Positions 20,915 to 30,343 of a stretch of 64,000 nucleotides of DNA are shown here, piece by piece. Position 1 is the stretch's first letter; each line of letters opens with the position of its first letter. Below the pieces are notes generated by a model that saw only the letters and a program-made list of their open reading frames with translations, ran no database searches and was not told where the DNA came from. The stretch is from Candidatus Omnitrophota bacterium (GTDB taxonomy: Bacteria > Ratteibacteria > UBA8468 > MWAK01). Location: positions 32,001-96,000 of the forward strand of contig JAZDPL010000073.1 in assembly GCA_043797665.1 (NCBI GenBank), written 5' to 3'. A program made the translations under genes and the position numbers.

Positions 20915-21676
20915 TCAAAAAATACTCATATCCTGTCTATACCCTTTCCATGGCGCTCCAACGCCGGCGTAGTCCTGGTCAAAGGTCTTTAATTTACTTT
21001 CGTTAACCGGTTCCACGTGTCCATCGGCAAAGAGACAGTTGGCCTGCCCGTTATGCCGCAAGTAAATACCGGGATAACCACTGTTCGGGACGTTCCACCA
21101 ATAGAACCACGAAGCCTGAGTTTCCCTCATAGAAGAAGGATCAAAGGCTGGTCCGAAGACAGAGTCGGCGGCGAGCACATACTCTGCCGGATTGCGGATT
21201 TTCTTGAAGATGGTAAAAGCTAATCCGCCAGAGTATTTCACACAAACACTACCAAACGGGTCAGGTTGATCGTTCCAGTCATAAACACTAAGTGCCCGTC
21301 GCATTCCATAGCATGTCCAATAATCCGTATAGACAGCCGGTTTACCTGATGGACACAAAGAAATACCCGATTTCCCAACGGAGGGGACCGGTAGATACCC
21401 ATTCTGATAATAGTAATACAGCCAAGAATAGTTGTCGCTTCCGTTGATGAGATAGTCGTCATTATCTTGGGCGTACATCATAAACGCCAGTCCTATCTGT
21501 TTCAGGTTGCTCATACAACTTGCCTGCCTGGATTTTTCTCTTGCCTGACTGAGCGCCGGCAGTAACATCGCCGCCAGGATGGCGATGATGGCGATTACCA
21601 CTAAAAGCTCTATCAAGGTAAACCCATTCCTGTGTTGGGACAAGACATTTGTCCGGTTTCCTATCTTTTTAACCAT
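20915..21676 (-). CDS. Prepilin-type N-terminal cleavage/methylation protein (DUF1559, H-X9-DG)
   Basis: G^[30 protein letters not shown]...CMSNLKQIG...Y; C-terminal [16 protein letters not shown]. Confidence 0.92.
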   Translation of the reverse strand: MVKKIGNRTNVLSQHRNGFTLIELLVVIAIIAILAAMLLPALSQAREKSRQASCMSNLKQIGLAFMMYAQDNDDYLINGSDNYSWLYYYYQNGYLPVPSVGKSGISLCPSGKPAVYTDYWTCYGMRRALSVYDWNDQPDPFGSVCVKYSGGLAFTIFKKIRNPAEYVLAADSVFGPAFDPSSMRETQASWFYWWNVPNSGYPGIYLRHNGQANCLFADGHVEPVNESKLKTFDQDYAGVGAPWKGYRQDMSIF

Positions 21677-21690
21677 TTTCCTCCTTTCCT

Positions 21691-23835
21691 CTAATCCCCC
21701 TCATTTCCCCTTTGTAAAAGGGGGTAAAGGGATTGGGAATCAATTTGGTTCGGTATCAGTTCTCCCACGGCGTATGTCTGAAATGCCGGCACCGATATTT
21801 CATGCCCCTTAACCTCTAAGCAGATTCTGTCGGGTTCCGTGTCAAAAAAGAAGAAGGTACATTTCCGATACTTGTCCTGGGGAATGAAGATTTTGACCGT
21901 GGAGACGGTATTCCGGTTATCATAATTGACCAGGTGCAGGTACTCTTTGCTGCCGTGAACAGCAGAAGTCCAGTTAACCGCCACACTTTCCGGAGCACGT
22001 ATAGTCAAAGATAGGTTTCCGGCCCACTTGATTGCCTTGAGAATTTGCACGCTGTTTTTGGGCAATGCCCAGTTGCAAAACGGGTATTCCGCCCAATTCC
22101 GGGCAGGGTTTTGACCCCTGATGAAGTAACGATTTGCGTCTGAGTCAAATCTCCAGTTCGGAAACCAATTTTCCTCTTTCACCTCGGGTACGACATCAGG
22201 AACATAGGCTACTTTTCCACCGCCGAGAACATTTTCAAAGCGGGCGTTTTCAGTGTACTTAAAAATCAACATCAGTTTCTTCATCAATAAGTTCTCCGGG
22301 TAACATCGGGAATTTTCATTCCTTTCCCCGCTTCTGCCCGTGACCAGAAGATTTCCACCTGCTCTCACAAACCCGGCAATCTCGTCCATAATATCCGTAC
22401 TAAGACAGGTTTGATTTGCCAGGACCAGGAGGTGATAGCCGGGGAGTTTCCTCTTGAGGTTCTCGTCAAACAGGATATCAAATGGAATCTGTTTCTGTAT
22501 TAACATCTGTTCTATCAGCATAACATGCCGATGTGCCGTGCGGGTGTCAAACGCCATAGACGAAAAGTTTCGCAGTATGGCAACTTCGGCATTGCTTACC
22601 ACGTTGCTAAAAATATCCGTGTGATTCTTTCTCCAGCCGGTAATATGATGCAGAGTCTCGGACATATGTTTATCATCAATCATCCGCAGTGCCCCTTTAA
22701 GGAAGCCAAGATGTCCTGAGTTGCCGCGGTTAAAGGCAAGAGATTCTGCGACCGAAAGGCAGAACCGCTTACGATCATAAGGAGATTCTTTACCGTGCGA
22801 TGGATATGGATGGTTATAGGCAATAACAGATTGTCCGATGGAGTCGGCAATTTTGTAGTCGCGTATTCTGTGGCAAAGTATTCCTTTTTCTCTAACGGCA
22901 GGGAGATGGCCGTCTTCGGAGAAAACGATGTCATTCCTACCCGCCAGCAGAGGCAGATATACTCCGAAGTAGGCGGATGTATTGGTCCAGGAGAAAATGC
23001 CGGAATTGATACACATTACCACGTTCGGGTCAAGGCGGTGTAAATAGTCGGAGAGTTCCCGGTGAAAGTCCGCAAAAAGAAAACACTTGTAACGGATCCA
23101 TTCCTGAACATCAGGTGCAATAAGGATACCCTGGAGGAACATGACGTTATTTATCCCGGCAATTGTTACACCCGGTTCCCAGGTTGGAATTTCTACTCCC
23201 TCTATGTTCCGGTGACCAAAATAGAGTGCGAACTCTTTTCGCCGCTTTCCCCATCGCTCAAGTAAAAACTTTTTGAAGCCTTCGCTGCACCTGGTACACT
23301 TACAAATAGACGCCTCATCCATTCCGGCCATTCCGTCAAAATGAATGGCATCTACCCCAAGTTCTTTCACCGCATACTGGATAACCTTTTTGGCGTATGT
23401 CCGGTAGGCGGATTCGTTAAAACAAATACGGTGGCGCCAGGAGCTCCCGCAAACAGGCACTTTTTCTCCACGTTCATTCCTGGCGACCCATTCTTTTGCT
23501 TCCGGCATTTCCTGGTAAAAAGTCTCTCCAATTATGTTATCTACACGGAAATAGACCGCTATTTTCATCCCATATTTATGGCAAAGATTAACCTGTTCTT
23601 TGACCCGTTCTCTCTCCTGGCGTTCTGTTTTCCAACCGAACCCCTTATGATAATGGGTGATGAAGAAGTTGAAACCGTTGCGAGCAAGTTTCTTGATGGT
23701 TTCTTCTTCATGCGCCATTTCATACTCTTTCAATGAGGCCGGGTCCTCCACACCCCACCGCCGCGAGACCATCAAAGACTCCCAACAGCCGATAACGACC
23801 ATACCGCTTGCCAACCAATCCTTCGACCGCTTCAT
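21691..23835 (-). CDS. Putative glycoside hydrolase (TIM barrel plus beta-galactosidase trimerisation-like domain)
   Basis: [18 protein letters not shown] metal-site motif, IPFDIL...[10 protein letters not shown]...[21 protein letters not shown] before ATG 23835. Confidence 0.65.
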   Translation of the reverse strand: MKRSKDWLASGMVVIGCWESLMVSRRWGVEDPASLKEYEMAHEEETIKKLARNGFNFFITHYHKGFGWKTERQERERVKEQVNLCHKYGMKIAVYFRVDNIIGETFYQEMPEAKEWVARNERGEKVPVCGSSWRHRICFNESAYRTYAKKVIQYAVKELGVDAIHFDGMAGMDEASICKCTRCSEGFKKFLLERWGKRRKEFALYFGHRNIEGVEIPTWEPGVTIAGINNVMFLQGILIAPDVQEWIRYKCFLFADFHRELSDYLHRLDPNVVMCINSGIFSWTNTSAYFGVYLPLLAGRNDIVFSEDGHLPAVREKGILCHRIRDYKIADSIGQSVIAYNHPYPSHGKESPYDRKRFCLSVAESLAFNRGNSGHLGFLKGALRMIDDKHMSETLHHITGWRKNHTDIFSNVVSNAEVAILRNFSSMAFDTRTAHRHVMLIEQMLIQKQIPFDILFDENLKRKLPGYHLLVLANQTCLSTDIMDEIAGFVRAGGNLLVTGRSGERNENSRCYPENLLMKKLMLIFKYTENARFENVLGGGKVAYVPDVVPEVKEENWFPNWRFDSDANRYFIRGQNPARNWAEYPFCNWALPKNSVQILKAIKWAGNLSLTIRAPESVAVNWTSAVHGSKEYLHLVNYDNRNTVSTVKIFIPQDKYRKCTFFFFDTEPDRICLEVKGHEISVPAFQTYAVGELIPNQIDSQSLYPLLQRGNEGD

Positions 23836-23852
23836 GAAAAACTCCTCAATTT

Positions 23853-23874
23853 GTGCGATAAATCGCACCGCTAC
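23853..23874. repeat. Single GTAG REP (GTAGCGGTGCGAT family)
   Basis: GTGCGATAAATCGCAC-CGCTAC. Confidence 0.8.
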
Positions 23875-23882
23875 TGGGTAAC

Positions 23883-24947
23883 TTACGGGTAGATTTTGAC
23901 ACTGTTTCTGACCACCAACTCCGGCTTGACCACAATCTGGCGAGGAGATTTTTTTGCCCCACCCATCATCTTCAGTAATAAGTGTAAACCCGCCACGCTT
24001 ACTTTATCCAAATGCGGCTCAACGGTGGTAAGAGGCGGGTCGCTGAATAAAGTCTCCGAGATATTATCGTAGCCGACGATACTTAAATCCTCCGGGACTT
24101 TGATATTATTTTTGTGACAACAATCCAGTAGGTGCAGGGCACGGTGGTCATTGGCGGTAAAGACCGCGGAAGGCGGCCGCGGGAGAGCCAATAATTGCTC
24201 CAGGGCGGTCTCATCCTCTTTTGGGTTGAAGCCGCTGGTTTCTTTCGCCAGACTCTGGTCAAGATTTATCTTACTCTCTCTCAACGCCTGCTGATACCCT
24301 TCAAAGATGGATACAAACCAGGCTGAGGTAACCGGACCACAGATAAGACCTATTCTTCGGTGTCCCATTGTAATTAGGTACCTGGTACCTAAATATCCCC
24401 CTGTTTTTTTATCCACCCGTACCTGTACCACCTCTTTCTCTTCCCTGGCCGGGTGGAGGACAACGAAAGCCAGGTTATTTTCTTTTATCAGCGAGAGGTT
24501 GTAGGCGGCCGGGTTACGAAGAATGAGAATACCTACCTGATGGTTGTTTTTGGGGGAGAGCAGGGTTAAGAACCTTTCGGAAGTAATATCAAAGTCCACC
24601 CGTAATTTCTTTGCTTCCAGGGACAGGTTACGGACAATCTTACTGGCAACGTGGCTGGCCAAGAACTTCTCAGTTGATATTTTGTCGGGTATTACCAGCC
24701 GTATCTTTAAGGGCTGGGTAGAGACGTTGACTACGGTTCCCCGTTTCTGTACTTTTTTCACCAGTCCGTTGTGGTGCAGTTCATTCAGGACCCGGCGTGC
24801 GGTAATGTTACTAACCTTATATTTGGCGCAGATTTCGCTGAGAGTGTAAAAACGCTGACCGAATTCAAATCCGGGAATCTGGGTGATTAAATCATTACAT
24901 ATCTCTTCCCAGCGGGGGAACTTGTTCGTCTCTAACAAAAGTTCCAT
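23883..24947 (-). CDS. GntR-HTH / LacI-type sugar-binding hybrid regulator
   Basis: EICAKYKVSNITARRVLNEL wHTH; GHRRIG, VPEDLSIVGYDN, PPLTTV, PELVVRNS. Confidence 0.88.
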   Translation of the reverse strand: MELLLETNKFPRWEEICNDLITQIPGFEFGQRFYTLSEICAKYKVSNITARRVLNELHHNGLVKKVQKRGTVVNVSTQPLKIRLVIPDKISTEKFLASHVASKIVRNLSLEAKKLRVDFDITSERFLTLLSPKNNHQVGILILRNPAAYNLSLIKENNLAFVVLHPAREEKEVVQVRVDKKTGGYLGTRYLITMGHRRIGLICGPVTSAWFVSIFEGYQQALRESKINLDQSLAKETSGFNPKEDETALEQLLALPRPPSAVFTANDHRALHLLDCCHKNNIKVPEDLSIVGYDNISETLFSDPPLTTVEPHLDKVSVAGLHLLLKMMGGAKKSPRQIVVKPELVVRNSVKIYP

Positions 24948-25002
24948 TTTAGATTCTTCAGCTCAATACGCTTCAGAATGACCACAATTGGCTGATTATA
25001 TT

Positions 25003-25042
25003 TGTATACACTTATTTTACCATGCAAAAAGTCAAATGTCAA
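25003..25042 (-). promoter_or_regulatory. Promoter of the regulator operon with a downstream TGTATACA palindrome
   Basis: TTGACA(25042-25037)-17 nt-TAAAAT(25019-25014); TGTATACA at 25003-25010 resembles a GntR-type operator. Confidence 0.65.
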
Positions 25043-25287
25043 GTCGTTCGCCTCCGGCGAACCCCTACCTTGATGGTAGGGAACCCGTCCCAACGGGGGT
25101 TTACACCCCCAATGGCGGTCGCTAGCGCTCCCTGTTACCCCCTCTACTGCGTAAGGGGGTTCCTCGCCACCCTCCAACCAAGGGTTGGAGTCCCTCCATC
25201 TGGATGATGGAGTCCTCGTGCCTTGGCAATCCCCCCTTGAACCTACGAAGTATGAAAGATATAAATTCCTGTAGGTTCAAGTCGTTC
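25039..25287. mobile_element. Non-coding, hairpin-rich element bounded by 11-bp direct repeats (MITE-like)
   Basis: TCAAGTCGTTC at 25039-25049 and 25277-25287; several short stems inside. Confidence 0.45.
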
Positions 25288-25315
25288 AAGTTTTAGTTTG
25301 AATTTTGGAACAAAT

Positions 25316-25371
25316 ACGTAGACCGTACCCGCTTAAGAGAAATCCACCAGCGCTACCATCCCCGCCCGTAA
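25316..25371 (+). pseudogene. xerD: Duplicated 3' end of xerD (VDRTRLREIHQRYHPRP*)
   Basis: Matches 27008-27063 with 2 mismatches in 56 nt. Confidence 0.9.
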
Positions 25372-25383
25372 ATAAAATAAATG

Positions 25384-25412
25384 TTGTCTAATAATCTAAA
25401 AAATGTTATAAT
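25384..25412 (+). promoter_or_regulatory. Promoter of the TA-like pair
   Basis: TTGTCT-17 nt-TATAAT with an extended -10 TG; GAGGGG RBS follows. Confidence 0.65.
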
Positions 25413-25429
25413 TTTTGAGGGGTTAAAAT

Positions 25430-25687
25430 ATGCCGATTATAAGCAGATTTTTTGGGATCGTAATTTACATGCTCTGGCGGGAACATCGGCCGCCGCATTT
25501 TCACGCTAAATACGGGGATGACGAAATAATCGTTGAAATCGAAAACGGCAAGGTCAACGGCACGATGTTAAAGCGCGCTCTTAATTTGATTCAAGAGTGG
25601 CGCGAATTGCACAAAGAAGAACTCATGCGCGACTGGGAGCTGGCAGAACAGAAAAAAGCTCTCTTCCCCATAAAACCCTTGGAGTAA
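25430..25687 (+). CDS. DUF4160 family protein (putative toxin)
   Basis: MPIISRFFGIVIYM...EHRPPHFHAKYG...EWRELHKEELMRDW. Confidence 0.85.
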   Translation: MPIISRFFGIVIYMLWREHRPPHFHAKYGDDEIIVEIENGKVNGTMLKRALNLIQEWRELHKEELMRDWELAEQKKALFPIKPLE

Positions 25688-25691
25688 ATCT

Positions 25692-25937
25692 ATGATTTTA
25701 CATGTTAAAGAAGCAAAATATCTTCACGATTATGTAATATGGGTGCGCTTTAACGACGGTATTGAAGGCGAGGTTGATTTAAAAGGCGAGCTGGAAGGCG
25801 AAGTATTCGGCCCGCTCAAAGATAAAAGAAAATTCAAATCTTTCAAAGTTGTCCCTATTCTTGAAACCATCGCTTGGGAAAACGGCGCCGACCTCGCCCC
25901 GGAATTCCTTCATGATAATTTGAAAATCTTGGCATAA
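25692..25937 (+). CDS. DUF2442 family protein (putative antitoxin)
   Basis: VKEAKYLHDYVIWVRFNDG.EGEVDL...TIAWENGADLAPEFL; directly follows DUF4160. Confidence 0.85.
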   Translation: MILHVKEAKYLHDYVIWVRFNDGIEGEVDLKGELEGEVFGPLKDKRKFKSFKVVPILETIAWENGADLAPEFLHDNLKILA

Positions 25938-25975
25938 CTGCTCATTTCACCCGCAAATTTGACGTCATACCTAAA

Positions 25976-26107
25976 GTAGCGGTGCGATTTATTGCACGAA
26001 CGCACGAATAAGTGGCATAAATGCCCTTGCCAATTATATGGCAAGGGAACCCTTAATCCTTCCCTTACAGATTCAACTGTAAGGGGACCCGTCCACAAGG
26101 GGAGAGA
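25976..26107. repeat. Composite repeat cluster: GTAG REP, two CCCT-hairpin elements (26024-26053, 26062-26092) and a CCTTAATCCT...GGGGAGAG host repeat
   Basis: Components match 5818-5892, 9713-9742 and 4203-4277. Confidence 0.75.
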
Positions 26108-26127
26108 AGAATATTTTTGACAGTACC

Positions 26128-27063
26128 ATGGCGGGAGTAAAAATTCCGGAAGTGGAGAGTTTTTTAGGCTACCTTTTGACCGAGCGGGGTCTGAGCCAGA
26201 ATACAATTTCCGCATACCAACGGGACATAAGCAAGTTTTATACCTTCCTGGAGAAGAAAGGGATTTCGGTTTCCGGGATGACCTATCCCCTCTTTACTTC
26301 CTTCCTTTTAGAACTGCGCGAGACCCTTTCCGCAACTTCATCTGCCCGGCTGGTCGCGGCCGTCTCCACCTACATTAAGTTTCTCTTACAGGAAGGCGTT
26401 CTAAAGGAACATCCCCTGCCGGATTTGGAAAGCCCTCGCTTAGAGAAGAACCTGCCCAGATTTCTTTCCCGGCAAGAGGTTGAAAGACTTTTGGCGACTC
26501 CGGACAGTTCTCCGGCCGGTATCCGGGACCGGGCGATATTGGAACTTCTCTACGCCACCGGAATGCGGGTGAGCGAACTGGCTAAATTAAAGGTGAGCGA
26601 TGTTGATTTGATTGAAAATCTGGCCCGGGTGAAAGGGAAAGGGAATAAAGAACGGTTGGTTCCTTTTGGTGAACCGGCGGCAAGGGCGGTCAAAAAATAT
26701 CTTGATGTAGTGCGGCCCTTTCAGGGTCGCGAAGAATTAACAGCGAGGCTAAAAGCCTCGCACTACGAAGGACCAAAAGCCGATGACCCTACCCTGTTTT
26801 TGAGCCGGCAGAAAAAAGGGTTGAGCCGGCAGTCGGTCTGGAAGGTCATCCGGAAATCAGCCCGGTTAGCCGGAATTTCCAAGAAGGTCTATCCCCATAT
26901 CCTGCGCCACTCTTTTGCCACCCACCTTTTGGAGGCTGGTGCGGATATCCGGCTGATTCAGGAACTCTTAGGACACCAGAGTCTGGCAACCACCCAGGTC
27001 TATACCCACGTAGACCGCACCCGCTTAAGAGAAATCCACCAGCGCTACCATCCCCGCCCGTGA
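26128..27063 (+). CDS. xerD: Tyrosine recombinase XerD
   Basis: ERGLSQNTISAYQRD, RDRAILELLYATGMRVSEL, GKGNKERLVP, PHILRHSFATHLL, LLGHQSLATTQVYTHV, YHPR; carries a 20-codon in-frame REP insertion. Confidence 0.92.
   Translation: MAGVKIPEVESFLGYLLTERGLSQNTISAYQRDISKFYTFLEKKGISVSGMTYPLFTSFLLELRETLSATSSARLVAAVSTYIKFLLQEGVLKEHPLPDLESPRLEKNLPRFLSRQEVERLLATPDSSPAGIRDRAILELLYATGMRVSELAKLKVSDVDLIENLARVKGKGNKERLVPFGEPAARAVKKYLDVVRPFQGREELTARLKASHYEGPKADDPTLFLSRQKKGLSRQSVWKVIRKSARLAGISKKVYPHILRHSFATHLLEAGADIRLIQELLGHQSLATTQVYTHVDRTRLREIHQRYHPRP
26707..26766. repeat. GTAG REP doublet in frame inside xerD
   Basis: GTAGT-GCGGCCCTTTCAGGGTCGC-gaagaattaaca-GCGAGGCTAAAAGCCTCGC-ACTAC, 60 bp. Confidence 0.8.
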
Positions 27064-27074
27064 ATACCGGGAAA

Positions 27075-27096
27075 GTGCGATGAATCGCACCGCTAC
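27075..27096. repeat. Single GTAG REP between convergent genes
   Basis: GTGCGATGAATCGCAC-CGCTAC. Confidence 0.8.
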
Positions 27097-27116
27097 TATG
27101 GATGAATGATGGCGGT

Positions 27117-28256
27117 TCAAGGTTGAAGGAGTTCAGGCAGGTTCTTAAGGAAATACTCTATCGGTAGAATCTCAATCTCTTTTTCTCTCATCGTCCGCTG
27201 TCCTCCGTAAATAAGGTAACGTTTGGCCATAGGATAGTCTTTAAGAAAACTTCTCAATCCGCTTAAGTATGCCCGGGAAATTCTGCCGGTGCGTTTAACC
27301 TCAAAGGCAAAAAGTCCTTTGTTTCCATATAAGATAAAGTCTACTTCCATTCCGTCAGATGTACGCCAGTAGTATATCTTATACCCTAAATGCAGGGCAG
27401 CATTTACCGCATGCAAATTCTGGAAAATCAGCGTTTCCAGAGCAACTCCTTCAGCCATTTCCGGCATATCCAGGGGACCCATCGGCCGGAGGACGCGGTA
27501 AACACCCGTATCAAAAAAGTAGAATTTCGGATGCGCTACCATCCGCCGACGGGCTCTTTTGGTAAAGGCGGGTATTCTGTACGCAATCAACAGGTCTTCT
27601 AAAATATTAAAATAACTTTCAACCGCTTTTCTCTCAACCGCACACTCCCGGGCTACCGAACAGATATTGAGAACAGAACCCTGAGAAAAACTTGCCGCTT
27701 CTAAGAATCTTGAGAAGGCGCCTAAATTCCGGGTCAATCCTTCGTAGCGCACCTCTTCCTCAAGATAAGTTTGAACATAACTTTCCAGGTAAGCCTTTGG
27801 GTCTTTTTCCGTATAGACACAGGGTAATTGACCATACGTCAGGGAATGACGTAACCTAAAGTCTTGGCCCAATTCCGGAGCCGTAAGCGGGTGCATAGAG
27901 CAGGTAAGGGCCCGACCGGCTAATAAATTCGGACCTTCCCTTTTAATCTTTCGGACACTGGAACCGGTAAGGACAAATTTGTATTTATATTTTTCAATCA
28001 GGCGATGGACTTCGTTTAGAAGTTCAGGAACGCGCTGCACTTCATCTATGATAATCCAATCGGGGAAGTTTTTGGGAATGAGGTTCTCAAGTCTCTGGGG
28101 ATTAGCAAGGAGGTCATTAAAGATTTCCGCCTCCAGCATATCCAGATAGATAGATTCAGGGAAGGTTTCTTTGACCCAGGTGGTTTTTCCTGTTCCGCGC
28201 GGTCCAAAGAGGAAGAAACTTTTCTCTCGGGGCGGTTTCAGCAATCTGGAGTACAT
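27117..28256 (-). CDS. AAA_14 ATPase with DUF4143 / PD-(D/E)XK-like C-terminus
   Basis: GPRGTGKTT, IIDEVQRVP, LTGSS, LAGRA, KFYFFDTG, YYWRT...EVDFI...AFEVK. Confidence 0.9.
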   Translation of the reverse strand: MYSRLLKPPREKSFFLFGPRGTGKTTWVKETFPESIYLDMLEAEIFNDLLANPQRLENLIPKNFPDWIIIDEVQRVPELLNEVHRLIEKYKYKFVLTGSSVRKIKREGPNLLAGRALTCSMHPLTAPELGQDFRLRHSLTYGQLPCVYTEKDPKAYLESYVQTYLEEEVRYEGLTRNLGAFSRFLEAASFSQGSVLNICSVARECAVERKAVESYFNILEDLLIAYRIPAFTKRARRRMVAHPKFYFFDTGVYRVLRPMGPLDMPEMAEGVALETLIFQNLHAVNAALHLGYKIYYWRTSDGMEVDFILYGNKGLFAFEVKRTGRISRAYLSGLRSFLKDYPMAKRYLIYGGQRTMREKEIEILPIEYFLKNLPELLQP

Positions 28257-28298
28257 AACTCCATTTTACTTATATTTTTGGAATTGTCAGGGCAATTA

Positions 28299-28348
28299 GT
28301 AGGAGCTTGATTTATCAAGCCCGCGGGTCGGATAAATCCGACCCCTAC
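28299..28348. repeat. GTAG-family REP doublet supplying the TAG stop of the TPR gene
   Basis: GTAG-GAGCTTGATTTATCAAGCCC-GC-GGGTCGGATAAATCCGACCC-CTAC. Confidence 0.88.
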
Positions 28349-30279
28349 TGGGGGGAGTTTTTGCGCAGGAGTTCCAATAGTTCTCCGGGGATTTTCGTAC
28401 CCAGACTTTCGGCTTTGCGGACGTCTTCCCAGGCTTTGGCGTAGTTCCCTTTTTCCGCATAGGCGATACTGCGGTTGATGTAGGCGATGCCCAGTTGCGG
28501 GTTTATGACGGTCGCCCTGGTGTAGTCTGCAATCGCCTGGTCGCAGTTCCCCCGGTTACTGTAAGCCACCCCGCGCAGGTTGTAGGTTTCCGCATCGTTG
28601 GGGTTAGACGCTAACGCCCGGTTGTAATCTGCAATCGCCCACTCATATTTTCCCATCTCACTGTAGGTAACTCCCCGTACCTGATAGATACCGACGTCCC
28701 CGGCTTTAATCTCCAACGCTTTGGTGTAATCTGCAATCGCCCCCTCATAATTGTTATTGAGACGATACGCCAGACCCCGGCCCTGATAAAAGTCAGGGTT
28801 GTTTGGTGTCAGACCAATCGCCGAGGTATAAAAGAGAATCGCCTGGATGTAGTCACCGGCGTAGAGAGACTGGAGCCCCTGCTGATAATAGGTATTAGCG
28901 CTATTTTTTGGAGTCTGCTGTTCCATCGGTTTAGCCGGCGGCGCAGGTTCTTTCTGCTTTAAATTAACCGTGAGGCGCCGGGGAAAGGTTAAACTTGACC
29001 TGGGAGGTACGACAGGTTTTTCTTCCGGTTGTTTTTCTTGCATCGCAATTTTTGCCAGGGTCAGCGAAATGTTGGTTTTGATGTCTTCGTCATCCGGGTT
29101 AATTTCCTGGGCTAAGTTGTAAAAACTGAGTGCCCTGGCATATTCTCTTTGGGCAAAGAATGTCTCTGCCTGGTTATAATATGCCAGAAACTGTTTTTGT
29201 TCTTCCGGTGAAATTGAGGGTAGCGGTTTGTTTCCCGGGGCAGATTTTTCCGGTACTATCGGCTTGCAAAAAGGAGGCAGGCCGATGATTTTAAAGATTA
29301 TGGATAATACGGCCAGAATTACAAAGAGACCCAGAAACAGGACGGCCCGCTTCTTTTTTAGAGTCCGGAAGAAGGACCGTTTTGGAGCGCGGGGACCCCA
29401 ACTCTTGGTTGGGGAGACTGGTTCGTTGGTTTCCGGCACTACCCTCTCCATCGGAGGTAATTCTTCTTCCGGAGGTTCTGATTGACGGAACGAAACGGGT
29501 AATTTAGCCTGAATGGCTTCTATAAATGACGGGGAAACCCTGTACCCTAAGATTTTTGCTTGCCGGACGTCTTCCCAGGCGGTATCGTACTTTCCCTGAC
29601 CGTAATATGCCTCTCCCCGGGTGTAATAGAATCTTCCTGTTTTAGGATTAAGTTCTATCGCCTGATTACAATCAGGGAGCGCTTTTTCGTATTCCCCTTC
29701 TGCGTTGTAGATTTCTGCCCGGCTGTTATAGGCGTCGGCATACTCCTCACCGATGTTGGGGAGATTGTCCGGGTTAATCTTTATTGCCTGACTAAAGTCA
29801 AAGAGCGCTTTGTCATAATCACCCTTTCGGCAGTACGCTTTTCCCCGGTTGCCGTAAGCCTTGGCATAGGAGGGGTTGATGCTCAACGCCCGGGTATAGT
29901 CCGCAATCGCCTGTTCATAATCTTCGGTCATGCTGTAAGCATTGCCGCGGTTATAATAGTAGGTTGCCCGTTCCGGATTAATCCGGAGGGCGTGGGTATA
30001 ATCAGCGATCGCCAGGCGGTAGTCACCGATTGTGGCGTAGGCATTACCCCGGCGGTGGTAGGCTTTTTCGTGGTCCGGATTTATCTTTAAGGTCCTGGTG
30101 TAGTCGGCAATTGCCCCGGTATAATTTTTTTGAGCCCAGTAGACGATACCCCGGTTGTAATAGGCTTCCGTACTTTCCGGATTGAGTTCTATCGCCTGAT
30201 TGAAACAGTCGAACGCCTCTTCGTATTTACCCTGTTGATAGGCGGTGATACCCTGGTCGATCAGTTTCAGTACCGACAT
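28345..30279 (-). CDS. TPR protein with a central transmembrane helix
   Basis: Repeated AYxNRG...AIADYTRAL units on both sides of AVLFLGLFVILAVLSIIFKIIG. Confidence 0.88.
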   Translation of the reverse strand: MSVLKLIDQGITAYQQGKYEEAFDCFNQAIELNPESTEAYYNRGIVYWAQKNYTGAIADYTRTLKINPDHEKAYHRRGNAYATIGDYRLAIADYTHALRINPERATYYYNRGNAYSMTEDYEQAIADYTRALSINPSYAKAYGNRGKAYCRKGDYDKALFDFSQAIKINPDNLPNIGEEYADAYNSRAEIYNAEGEYEKALPDCNQAIELNPKTGRFYYTRGEAYYGQGKYDTAWEDVRQAKILGYRVSPSFIEAIQAKLPVSFRQSEPPEEELPPMERVVPETNEPVSPTKSWGPRAPKRSFFRTLKKKRAVLFLGLFVILAVLSIIFKIIGLPPFCKPIVPEKSAPGNKPLPSISPEEQKQFLAYYNQAETFFAQREYARALSFYNLAQEINPDDEDIKTNISLTLAKIAMQEKQPEEKPVVPPRSSLTFPRRLTVNLKQKEPAPPAKPMEQQTPKNSANTYYQQGLQSLYAGDYIQAILFYTSAIGLTPNNPDFYQGRGLAYRLNNNYEGAIADYTKALEIKAGDVGIYQVRGVTYSEMGKYEWAIADYNRALASNPNDAETYNLRGVAYSNRGNCDQAIADYTRATVINPQLGIAYINRSIAYAEKGNYAKAWEDVRKAESLGTKIPGELLELLRKNSPQ

Positions 30280-30293
30280 CGTTTTCCTTATGA

Positions 30294-30343
30294 GTAGGGG
30301 CTTGATTTATCAAGCCCGCGGGCGCCATGAATGGCGCCCCTAC
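30294..30343. repeat. GTAG-family REP doublet
   Basis: GTAG-GGGCTTGATTTATCAAGCCC-GC-GGGCGCCATGAATGGCGCCC-CTAC. Confidence 0.9.

Noticed and set aside
24932..25207. Short ORFs over the hairpin-rich element
   Set aside because: No RBS or motif; they overlap a promoter and repeats.
25384..25411. Possible dif-like site next to the xerD fragment (…ATAA TCTAAA AAATGTTATAA)
   Set aside because: Only a partial match to the TTATGTTAAAT XerD arm, and fully explained as the -35/-10 promoter of the TA-like pair.
26128..27063. Phage or island integrase
   Set aside because: Length and motifs match chromosomal XerD; there is no arm-binding extension and no phage genes nearby.
28345..30279. Nucleotide repeats as a DGR template/variable-region pair
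   Set aside because: The repeats follow TPR protein periodicity, and no reverse transcriptase is in the window.
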